64,000 bases of DNA from a virus (Duplodnaviria; Caudoviricetes). Made by a program: the position numbers and the translations under genes. Shown piece by piece: positions 1 through 8,156 of this stretch (position 1 is the stretch's first letter; every line of letters starts with the position of its first letter). Location: the IMG/VR virus record IMGVR_UViG_3300042254_000186, positions 1-64,000 of that record; one strand, 5' to 3'. The notes beneath the pieces were generated by a model, which was not told where the DNA came from, made no database searches, and saw only the letters and a list, made by a program, of their open reading frames with translations.

Positions 1-354
1 AGATAAATTCGTCTTTTTCTTAGTTATAGTTGATCTTTATGACCGGTTTCATTCTTTTGATTCTAAACTTTGTTTCTTATTGCGTTTACTTTAGTAAGTA
101 ACAAACATAAACCTTAATAAAGCATCGTATTTGTGAGTCACATTACATTTGTAAATAGAGACAATCTACACAATAACATTTAAACCAGAAATACATTTGA
201 AACAATTTTATTGTCAAAACTAATTGATTAGTTTAAAATATATAAGTGCCCACAAGAATTTATGAAACTTAAAAAATAAAATTCTTGGCTAATATGATAT
301 TTAGTTTTATAATAAATATGTCAGTTTTTTTGAAAAGCAAAAAGCAATATACTT

Positions 355-429
355 TGGGCCATGGCCAAGTGGTTAAGGCATCGGACTCTGACTCCGAGAC
401 CGAAAGTTCGAATCTCTCTGGCCCTGCCA
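355..429 (+). tRNA. tRNA-Gln (anticodon CTG)
   Basis: Acceptor GGGCCA/TGGCCC, D-arm TGGCCAAGTGGTTAAGGC, anticodon arm TCGGA-CT-CTG-AC-TCCGA, GTTCGAAT T-loop, encoded CCA. Confidence 0.93.
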
Positions 430-444
430 GTTTTTATCTTTAAA

Positions 445-535
445 GGAGAAGTACCCAAGTGGCTAAAGGGGCGGGCTTGGAAAGCTCGTAGGTCGGTAAA
501 ACGGCGCAGGGGTTCGAATCCCCTTTTCTCCGCCA
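445..535 (+). tRNA. tRNA-Ser (anticodon GGA)
   Basis: Acceptor GGAGAAG/TTTCTCC, anticodon arm CGGGC-TT-GGA-AA-GCTCG, long variable arm, GGTTCGAATCC, encoded CCA. Confidence 0.95.
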
Positions 536-536
536 T

Positions 537-875
537 ATTGACAAGTTTGTCAAAGAAGATGTTATTATTGGGCCTTATGGAAACCGCCTGAAGCTCACTG
601 ATAGTTTAGCTGATTTTCACTTCAGACCAATATATATGCCGAATTTTATACCATTCGTTGAAGAATTCGGTAAGATAGTTTATAATCCAAATATGTTTAA
701 CGGAGAAATTGTATTGGTTATTACCGGTGTTGCTACAAAAGAAGATTTTCTTAAGGAATCATATGAAGCAACACTTGGACAGCGTGGAACTAAATATCGG
801 GTTGTAAAAGCATCGGTTGCGGGGGATGTCACGGTTATGGATAAAAAATTTTCTGATTTTTTTAGTAAATATTAA
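537..875 (+). pseudogene. Probable 5'-truncated hypothetical gene abutting tRNA-Ser
   Basis: The frame of ORF 636-875 stays open back to 537 (IDKFVKEDVIIGPYGNRLKL...) with no start codon or RBS before the tRNA. Confidence 0.5.
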
Positions 876-881
876 ATAAAT

Positions 882-920
882 AACGACCGACTCTAATTTA
901 ATGCGTCGATCGTTTTTTTT
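882..920. terminator. Intrinsic terminator between convergent genes
   Basis: AACGACCGAC...GTCGATCGTT stem then T-run; positional homolog at 56902-56940. Confidence 0.7.
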
Positions 921-1120
921 TATTTCATTATATATTCCATAATATCTTTGAAGTCACAACTTAGTGCTTTACAAATCTTGCATAAAACATCAGTAGTTAC
1001 ATTCTCGCCCTTTGTGAGCTTTGCTATTGAAGAAGAACTTACACCTGAGAGCTTAATAAGCTCTTTTTTATTTATCCCTTTATCAATTAGAAGTTTCCAT
1101 AACTTATTATAACTAACCAT
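920..1120 (-). CDS. Xre/Cro-type HTH regulator, 66 aa
   Basis: MVSYNKLWKLLIDK...GVSSSSIAKL..GENVTTDVL, typical HTH_26-like; GGAGG RBS upstream of ATG 1120; 61/66 identical to 56939-57139. Confidence 0.85.
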   Translation of the reverse strand: MVSYNKLWKLLIDKGINKKELIKLSGVSSSSIAKLTKGENVTTDVLCKICKALSCDFKDIMEYIMK

Positions 1121-1130
1121 GCTTTCCTCC

Positions 1131-2933
1131 TTAGTTTTTTCTAATACCATTAAGTAGACCGTATCTGCCTCTGTCTTCATCTTGAGTAAATTCAATCACC
1201 TTGACTTTCGAATATGATTCAATATCAGCAGGTAAATCTTTAGGGTTTACATTCTCGATAACTATCATTTGATCATTTTCTATACTTTCAATTATATATT
1301 TGAAAAATCCTTGTCTTACATCATCTGTTGACTCGATTCCATCTGGCATAGTTAATCCATGTAACGGAGAATCAATTAAATAAAAATGCGGGTTGTTAAT
1401 TGAAAACTCATTAATATACTTTCTCATAGATAGAATTAAAATAGTATTTAATAGAGCTCTATAGCCTTTACCGTGTGTTTTCTTTGCGTCCCCATTAACT
1501 ATCACATCAAAATCATTCATATCGAAGACAACTGATTCTAGAGGTGTGAAATTGATTTTTCTTAATATGTCATAATAATAATCTGCAATAGAAGAAGCAA
1601 AGTCATCAGGAAATAAGTCTTTCGGTTTATACTCGATATGTTTGTCAATAGTGGAATCTAAATTTGATAAGTCACTTTCAAAACCTGATAGCATTAGATT
1701 AGTTGATTCTAGTTCGTGAATAGCTTTTATGTATTCATTGTACTTGCTAATTTTTTCAGCTATAGATTGCCTATGTGGTTTGAGTTGATTATTCATATCA
1801 TGATCAATATCTGACTTTTGTCTTTTTAGACCTTCCAACGTTTGCAGAAGAGCATCTTTTTCATTTGAAATATCATCAATTGTGGTCGATAGGGCAATAC
1901 TGCTAGCCAATATTTTTCTTGCTTCAGCTCTTGAAGCTTCTAGATAGGAGGATTCTTGATTTTTTTCAAGACTACCATTACAAAACGGGCAGTTAATTGG
2001 CGATTTATGATTATGAATAACATCTTCACCTTGTATAATGAATCCAAGCCTATTTATATCTGACACATATTGTGATTCTAATATCTTGTATCTGTCTAAT
2101 TGCATATTAACTCGTCTGATCGAGTTTTCAGTTTCTATAATTTGCCTTCCAATAGTTTTTATATTTGTAATCGATTCGTCAATGATCTTGTTAGTCTCAT
2201 CTAGTTCACTCTGCAAATTACTAATCATTTTCTCTAGTGATTCGCTATCTTTTTCAATTCCATTAATATATTTGCTTAAGGTCTCTCTTCGTCCAATGAG
2301 CTTTTCCTTGTTACTTATAATATATTTTTGAACAGCTGCTTTTTTAGCAGCTTTTGTTTTTTTATTTTCATCTGCATCAAATTCAGAAAAATCTTGATCG
2401 TATAAGATGTAAAGTAAACCTGATAAGAAAGCTGTTCTAGCAGTATAGTTATCAGGTAGTAATATTGATTTTTCTAACTCAGTGTCATTTTCATTTACGG
2501 TTAGTAATGATTTCAGTGTTCTCAATGAAAATCTTTGAGTTTGGCCATCAGTATTCTTAGGAACTTTTAATCCTATTTTAATATCAAGCAACTTTGAAAA
2601 GAAATCTCTAATATTATCTTTTTCACCTGAGATTTTGTAGTCAGTTGTTTTATTACCTTCAAGGACGCTGATGGTATTTGAACCAATCACTCTAGTTAGG
2701 GTTATTGATGATAAATTTTTAATTAACTCCATTCTAATCGTATCGTAGCCTATAGATTTATCAAAAGGTGCACTATCATTACTTGCACCTAACATGTAGT
2801 AAATTGATTTATAAATATATGATTTACCAGTGTCTGAGGGACCGATGATAATTGTTAGATTCTCTCCGAAATTAATCTCTGATACACCTTTTTCACCAGT
2901 GTACATAAGTTTGCTAATATATAATCTTCCCAT
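1131..2933 (-). CDS. lmuB: SMC/Rad50-like ABC ATPase of a Lamassu / ABC-three-component system (LmuB-like)
   Basis: Walker A GPSDTGKS, long coiled coil with central CPFC zinc hook, GKG signature variant, Walker B LIDSP; third gene of a three-gene operon. Confidence 0.8.
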   Translation of the reverse strand: MGRLYISKLMYTGEKGVSEINFGENLTIIIGPSDTGKSYIYKSIYYMLGASNDSAPFDKSIGYDTIRMELIKNLSSITLTRVIGSNTISVLEGNKTTDYKISGEKDNIRDFFSKLLDIKIGLKVPKNTDGQTQRFSLRTLKSLLTVNENDTELEKSILLPDNYTARTAFLSGLLYILYDQDFSEFDADENKKTKAAKKAAVQKYIISNKEKLIGRRETLSKYINGIEKDSESLEKMISNLQSELDETNKIIDESITNIKTIGRQIIETENSIRRVNMQLDRYKILESQYVSDINRLGFIIQGEDVIHNHKSPINCPFCNGSLEKNQESSYLEASRAEARKILASSIALSTTIDDISNEKDALLQTLEGLKRQKSDIDHDMNNQLKPHRQSIAEKISKYNEYIKAIHELESTNLMLSGFESDLSNLDSTIDKHIEYKPKDLFPDDFASSIADYYYDILRKINFTPLESVVFDMNDFDVIVNGDAKKTHGKGYRALLNTILILSMRKYINEFSINNPHFYLIDSPLHGLTMPDGIESTDDVRQGFFKYIIESIENDQMIVIENVNPKDLPADIESYSKVKVIEFTQDEDRGRYGLLNGIRKN

Positions 2934-2939
2934 GTCATT

Positions 2940-3377
2940 TTACCCCTTTCTTACAGCTTTTTTAGTAGCAAGCGTAACAATTTGTTTTTCATTCATATTT
3001 GAAGTGATATCATTAACTATTTTCACACATTGACTATATTGGTTAAAGTAATCGGTATCCATTTTAGAGCAAATGATTCTACCTTCTTCACTAATCTTGT
3101 ATGTGAATCCATAAGCATTTTGAATAGGGATCACCAAACCTTCAAGAACTAGTGATTTTAATGCATCATTGATTAATTTTCTTCTTGAAGTTATTTCACT
3201 AAAAGTATAGGTATTATCTCCATGCAAATTGAAATCAATCATATCATACGCTTTTCCATATGTTGCAAATAAATCAATAGATGTTACTTCATCTAAAGAG
3301 CAGTTTTTATTAATGACATTCAATAAAACAAGAACTCGAAACGAAATCTCATGCTTTGAATTAAATATTTTTATCAT
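2940..3377 (-). CDS. lmuC: ABC-3C middle component (LmuC-like)
   Basis: FNSxxEISxR...IDLFxxYG...NLHGD...SEIxSRR motifs typical of ABC-3C middle components; start overlaps the upstream gene. Confidence 0.7.
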   Translation of the reverse strand: MIKIFNSKHEISFRVLVLLNVINKNCSLDEVTSIDLFATYGKAYDMIDFNLHGDNTYTFSEITSRRKLINDALKSLVLEGLVIPIQNAYGFTYKISEEGRIICSKMDTDYFNQYSQCVKIVNDITSNMNEKQIVTLATKKAVRKG

Positions 3378-4317
3378 AATCAACCACCCATTCAATTCGT
3401 CCATCATTGACTAACATGTGAATTATACCTTGTTTTTCTGAATTGCCGATTAAACCGACGTTTTGTCTAGCTAAATACGACCGACCATATGTAATCGTCA
3501 CTGCATGATTCATTGTCCTATTAACTCTCTCGAAAGCATTATTATATGCTGCAATCATCACAGAGAATATGCCATCAAAAGTTTCATCTTTCATAATATT
3601 GAACTCTTCTTCACCATCTTCATATATGTCTCTTATTTGGTGTAACACACTATCGGCACTAAAGTATGTCTTTCTTTGAAACTTAAAATGCTCTTCATAT
3701 TGAGGTTCCAAAGATTTTAAGTCGTCAACGGTCAATGGGCCTAAGCCTGCAGCTTGTGAGTACACTCTCATTAATGCATCAACATACGGCATTTCTTTTT
3801 CTAAGATATTTTCTGTAGGTACGAGTTTTGGATATAGCTTTATCGTTTTCCCACCAATCCTAACTTTGTTATCGCTAATGAATTCAGAATCTCTAATGCT
3901 AGTAGAAGGACTGACATTAACAATGTAATACATAATATCATCCAACGTATCAGTAAGTCCTTGTTCAAAGTCAGTGGGATTAATTTTGATATTAAAAATC
4001 TCGAACTCAGAAATAATATGGTCTATTGCTTCTACTGAAAGATTACTAGAAAAACTTTCAAAGGTTGATGAGTCCAAATTGCCACGTATAAAAGAAGCGC
4101 AATTCTGAGGAAGTGCTTCCGTTCCATTAAAAACTTTTCTTGAAAAATCTGAAGAAAGGTCATCTATAGGGTTTTTATCATCATCATTTATTGAAATGAA
4201 TGCATTAAGATATGTCTTAAGTTTATCTTCTTTTGTTACCCTGCTAGAAGCGGATGAACACATTACTTCATTCCAAAGATACTGATCAATGATTGAGAGA
4301 AATTGATTTAGTTTCAT
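3361..4317 (-). CDS. ABC-3C first component (LmuA-like C-terminal domain) with non-nuclease, possibly HTH-like N-terminus
   Basis: C-terminal ExxYVDALxRVY...QRxxYFxA...KQGxxHMLVNxGxIEW resembles ABC-3C CTDs; first gene of the operon. Confidence 0.65.
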   Translation of the reverse strand: MKLNQFLSIIDQYLWNEVMCSSASSRVTKEDKLKTYLNAFISINDDDKNPIDDLSSDFSRKVFNGTEALPQNCASFIRGNLDSSTFESFSSNLSVEAIDHIISEFEIFNIKINPTDFEQGLTDTLDDIMYYIVNVSPSTSIRDSEFISDNKVRIGGKTIKLYPKLVPTENILEKEMPYVDALMRVYSQAAGLGPLTVDDLKSLEPQYEEHFKFQRKTYFSADSVLHQIRDIYEDGEEEFNIMKDETFDGIFSVMIAAYNNAFERVNRTMNHAVTITYGRSYLARQNVGLIGNSEKQGIIHMLVNDGRIEWVVDYDKNI

Positions 4318-4432
4318 TAACTAACACCTCCTGGAAAACGGAGTTAAAAGCTACCTCCGTTCGACTCTCATTTGAGATATAAAAAAAATATATAATCATG
4401 TTGTCAGAAAGTTAATCGATTTTGCCGACTTA

Positions 4433-4461
4433 ATTATATCAAATTAATCATACATATACAA
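4433..4461 (-). promoter_or_regulatory. SigA-type promoter of the Lamassu-Xre operon
   Basis: Minus strand TTGTAT-17 nt-TATAAT with extended TG; equivalent promoter at 60454-60482. Confidence 0.65.
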
Positions 4462-4502
4462 TTGAACGCAAATGAAAAATTTGAAAAGTCGAACTTTTAT
4501 TC

Positions 4503-4721
4503 TGATAACAGGCTTTATATTTCGTTAGTGTCATGAACTAACTCCCAGAAATATAAAGCTTAAAACTTAATATAATGCAGTATGCGTTGGGACGTTGTCT
4601 GCAAATTGAAATGGAGTTATTCAGTTAACCCTTCTTTTTGCGACCCCTTTGAACTGCCTACATGACTGAGAAAGAATATCTCCATTTTTAGAAAACAAAT
4701 CTAAACTGGAGGTATTTTTTT
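4503..4721 (+). ncRNA. Structured 5' leader / putative RNA switch upstream of the sigma-like gene
   Basis: Three hairpins, the last sequestering GGAGG; alternative pairing 4608-4622 with 4674-4688; conserved with compensatory changes at 60524-60723. Confidence 0.65.
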
Positions 4722-5306
4722 ATGAGATTGTCTAAAGCAGAAAAGAATCAAAATCCTAAATTATATGGATATGGAACCCTCGAACAGCTTCAAAGCGATC
4801 CAGAAAACACGCAAACACACTGGATTCTTTATAAGGATGCGGATGGGGATTACAGGTTCATTCCTTGTGACGAGGCTTATTATCATGCGTATAGAAATGA
4901 AGAACGTAATGAAAGACGTTTGCGTGACTTGGAATCAAGGTGTTTAATTCCATCTGAAAAATACGGGTTAGTGAAATGTCGAGCTGATTGTAGTCTGTGT
5001 CCAAAAGTTAGAGACGGACTTCCTATCTCTATTGATTACATGCGCGAGCATTATGGTTTTGATTTCAAAGATAAGTCTTATGAAGTAAAGGAAGAAGAAT
5101 TATATGAACAAGAACAAAAGGATTTTATTTGGAATGTTGTGAGTGAACTTGATCCTGTAGATCAAAAGATACTCAAACTCTTTAATGCGGGTAAAAAGGA
5201 TGCTGAAATCGCTGAAGTATTAAGTAAATCACGAAGCAGAATTCAGGAACGCAGAGTTCAACTGATTGAACTTTTAAAAGAAAAATTAAAAAAGTTTAAC
5301 GAATAA
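4722..5306 (+). CDS. Phage sigma-70 region 4-like transcription activator (sigma-like 1)
   Basis: C-terminal LDPVDQKILKL...DAEIAEVLSKSRSRIQERR HTH; CxxxCxxC motif; heads the early operon. Confidence 0.75.
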   Translation: MRLSKAEKNQNPKLYGYGTLEQLQSDPENTQTHWILYKDADGDYRFIPCDEAYYHAYRNEERNERRLRDLESRCLIPSEKYGLVKCRADCSLCPKVRDGLPISIDYMREHYGFDFKDKSYEVKEEELYEQEQKDFIWNVVSELDPVDQKILKLFNAGKKDAEIAEVLSKSRSRIQERRVQLIELLKEKLKKFNE

Positions 5307-5308
5307 CC

Positions 5309-5347
5309 GGCAAATGATAGGTTACTTTGCCATTTAACTATTGAAGG
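5309..5347 (+). promoter_or_regulatory. Putative sigma-like-1 promoter GGCAAAT-N13-GCCATTTAACT
   Basis: Same bipartite motif and spacing at 35237-35275. Confidence 0.6.
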
Positions 5348-5385
5348 GGAAAAATACCTTTTCAAAAATTAAAGGAGGTTTAGAA

Positions 5386-5562
5386 ATGCAGAAAGAAAAA
5401 AAGCCCAATAAGCCCTATCTGACGGATAAGGATTTAGTTGAAACGCTGCTATTAATCAGTGAGACATCTAAAACATTGGCACTTGAAGTAATGTTGCTTC
5501 CGGATGAAGCAGAAGGTAATGGAGGTGAGGATGATGTCAAGAAGTCCGACGACCCACAGTAG
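5386..5562 (+). CDS. Small hypothetical phage protein
   Basis: AAGGAGG RBS before ATG 5386; overlaps the next gene start. Confidence 0.6.
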   Translation: MQKEKKPNKPYLTDKDLVETLLLISETSKTLALEVMLLPDEAEGNGGEDDVKKSDDPQ

Positions 5563-6715
5563 AAAGTATAGCCCTAGTAAAAGTGGCACATGGTTAAACT
5601 GTCCACTCAGTACACTCCTAAATGATGGATCAAGTCAAGAATCAAGTCCTCAAGCAGAGTTTGGTACACAATGTCATGAACTGGGTGCAGCCTTAATCAG
5701 TAAGTCTCTCCATTTAGTTGATTACGATAATGAGGCCAAATCTGTTGAAGATATCATCAAAGAGCTTGATATGTATTCAGAGGATATGCAGGAAATTGCA
5801 GATGGGTATGCTGATTTCGTTATTAAGACGATTGAGTATGAAAAGAAAAGGTCGAATAGTGATCCAATCATTGTGATTGAACAGCACCTAGACATGGATT
5901 TCGATGATGATGCAGGTGGAACATTAGATTGTGGGATTATCTCATCAATGGGTGGCGGAACATTATCAGTGATTGATTTAAAGACTGGTCGAACACCTGT
6001 TTATGCGTTTGATCATGAAAAAAATGTATTTAATTCTCAACTCGGAATCTATGCACTGTACTTTTACAAGGCATACAAAGACTTATACCCAATCAAGAAT
6101 GTAAGACTTGTCATTTATCAACCTGTTATCTCAAATACAAATGATTATGAGATGCCGATTGAGGAACTATTAAAGTTTGAAACTGAGATCTTAAAGCCAG
6201 CAGTCATGAGAACTAAATCAACTAACTTAGAAGCTGTTCCAGGGAAGTATTGTCGCTATTGTGCAGGAAAAGCAATCTGTGCCAAACGTGCAGAAGTTAA
6301 CCAGGAAGTTATTAAAGAATTGAAAAAACCTATGGCAAGAATGACTGATGATGACATTGAAAATTTACTTCCCTATCTTGATGAAGTCATTCAATATGCA
6401 AAAGATGTCATGGAGTTTGCAGTAAAGAAAGCCTTAAATGGTCACAGTTGGAAAAACTACAAGCTTGTTCATACCAAAGGATCTAGGAAAATTACTGATG
6501 AAGATGGTGTCATCAAAGCTTGTGAAAATGAAGGTATTGATCCTTACGCTCCAAAGAAGGTCGCTGGGATTACAGAATTAACGAAAAGAATAGGCAAGAA
6601 CAGAGTTGATGCTCTTATTGGTTCATACATCAATATGCAACTAGGTTCATTAGTTTTAGTACCAAAATCAGATCCTCGTGAAGAGGCAACAATTATCGAA
6701 GAAGGAGATAAATAA
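5531..6715 (+). CDS. DUF2800 family Cas4-like PD-(D/E)xK nuclease
   Basis: SPS...W..CP, GTxCHE, GTLD, IDLKTG, QL..YA, CRYC..K..C motifs. Confidence 0.8.
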   Translation: MMSRSPTTHSRKYSPSKSGTWLNCPLSTLLNDGSSQESSPQAEFGTQCHELGAALISKSLHLVDYDNEAKSVEDIIKELDMYSEDMQEIADGYADFVIKTIEYEKKRSNSDPIIVIEQHLDMDFDDDAGGTLDCGIISSMGGGTLSVIDLKTGRTPVYAFDHEKNVFNSQLGIYALYFYKAYKDLYPIKNVRLVIYQPVISNTNDYEMPIEELLKFETEILKPAVMRTKSTNLEAVPGKYCRYCAGKAICAKRAEVNQEVIKELKKPMARMTDDDIENLLPYLDEVIQYAKDVMEFAVKKALNGHSWKNYKLVHTKGSRKITDEDGVIKACENEGIDPYAPKKVAGITELTKRIGKNRVDALIGSYINMQLGSLVLVPKSDPREEATIIEEGDK

Positions 6716-6717
6716 AC

Positions 6718-7692
6718 ATGTTAAACATTATTGAAGGAAAAGAAAAAAGACCATTAAAGATTGTTATCTATGGTCCAGAAGGCATTGGTAAATCAACCTT
6801 TGCGAGTCAGTTCCCAGATCCACTTTTTATTGATACGGAAGGCGGAACAAGCAATTTAGATATTAGAAGAATTAAATGTAACAAATCATGGGATGAATTG
6901 ATATCAGTTGTCAAAGAAATCAAAGAAAATCCTACGATCTGTAAAACTGTGGTACTCGATACTGCAGACTGGGCTGAAACATTATGTACCAATGCAGTGT
7001 GCGAAAAATATCGAAAGAACAATATTGAAGATTTTGGTTATGGAAAAGGTTATGTTTATTTAGTTGACGAGTTTTCAAAATTACTTACACTCATGGATCA
7101 GCTGATTGAAGTTGGCATCAATGTTGTCATTACTGCTCATGCAAAACCACGTAAATTTGAACTTCCAGAAGAACAAGGTGCTTTTGATCGCTATGAGATG
7201 AAGTTAACCAAACAAGTCGCACCAGTCATCAAAGAGTGGAGTGACGCATTATTCTTTGTCAACTATAAGATTTATGTCGTTACAACCGAAACCAACTCTA
7301 AGAAAGCTCAAGGTGGAAAACGTGTGCTCTATACAACACATAATCCTACGTATGATGCAAAGAACAGATTTGACTTACCAGAAGAACTGGAACTGAACTT
7401 TAGAAGTATTTCACATCTATTTGAAGAGCAGGATTTTGTAAAACCTGAAGTACCGTTTCCTGATCCTAAAGATATTACTACATTTGCACTCGTTGAGAAA
7501 CTCACACAGATGATCAATGAATCAGATATCACTGAAGAAGAATTAAAGAAAGTCGTCGCAGCTAAAGGGCATTATCAAGAAACAGAATCAATAAGCAATT
7601 ATTCAGATGATTTTATTACACGATGGATTATTCCAAATTGGAAAAAAATAGTTGAATCAATAAAAAATAAAAAAGGAGAACAACAATCATGA
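6718..7692 (+). CDS. Sak4-like AAA_24 ATPase (phage ssDNA-annealing recombinase)
   Basis: YGPEGIGKST, FIDTEGG, VLDTADW, GYGKGY, AKNR motifs. Confidence 0.85.
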   Translation: MLNIIEGKEKRPLKIVIYGPEGIGKSTFASQFPDPLFIDTEGGTSNLDIRRIKCNKSWDELISVVKEIKENPTICKTVVLDTADWAETLCTNAVCEKYRKNNIEDFGYGKGYVYLVDEFSKLLTLMDQLIEVGINVVITAHAKPRKFELPEEQGAFDRYEMKLTKQVAPVIKEWSDALFFVNYKIYVVTTETNSKKAQGGKRVLYTTHNPTYDAKNRFDLPEELELNFRSISHLFEEQDFVKPEVPFPDPKDITTFALVEKLTQMINESDITEEELKKVVAAKGHYQETESISNYSDDFITRWIIPNWKKIVESIKNKKGEQQS

Positions 7693-8144
7693 TGGATAAC
7701 AAAAATATGTTGATGGATTGGAACGATGCCATCGAAGAAGACGGTCAGGAGTATGTCTTACTGCCTGAAGGTGATTACAATTTTACAGTGACTCATTTTG
7801 AGCGAGGAAGATTTCCTGGTGGACCAAAAGTACCTGCATGTAATAAAGCAACGATTACTGTTCAAGTAGATACCAAAGAAGGTATCGCAACAGTGAAGTT
7901 TGATCTGCTTTTATATCGCTCTTTAGAGTGGCGCATTTCATCATTTTTTAGATGCATAGGTCAAAAGAAACATGGTGAAAAGTTAACAATGGACTGGAAT
8001 AAAGTGATCGGTTCTAAAGGCAGAGCTCATTTCAAGCAACGTTCATACACCAACAATCAAGGTGAAGAGAAGTTTACTAATGATATTGATCGTTTCATCG
8101 ATTACAACGAAGAGTTCTTTATTCCAGATGATCTTCCATTCTAG
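7689..8144 (+). CDS. Phage ssDNA-binding protein (DUF669-like)
   Basis: LLPEGDY motif, acidic DDLPF tail, follows the Sak4-like gene. Confidence 0.75.
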   Translation: MMDNKNMLMDWNDAIEEDGQEYVLLPEGDYNFTVTHFERGRFPGGPKVPACNKATITVQVDTKEGIATVKFDLLLYRSLEWRISSFFRCIGQKKHGEKLTMDWNKVIGSKGRAHFKQRSYTNNQGEEKFTNDIDRFIDYNEEFFIPDDLPF

Positions 8145-8156
8145 GAGGGTTCAGTT

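Noticed and set aside
1-300. Possible minus-strand gene start near 52 (MKPVIKINYN*)
   Set aside because: Stops after 10 codons; no supportable product.
321-591. ORFs 321-536(-) and 361-591(+)
   Set aside because: They overlap the two tRNA genes and are spurious translations.
4490-4520. CGAACTTTT resembling the sigma-2 upstream box in prophage 1's control region
   Set aside because: The TGCGGACTA box is absent at the required spacing.
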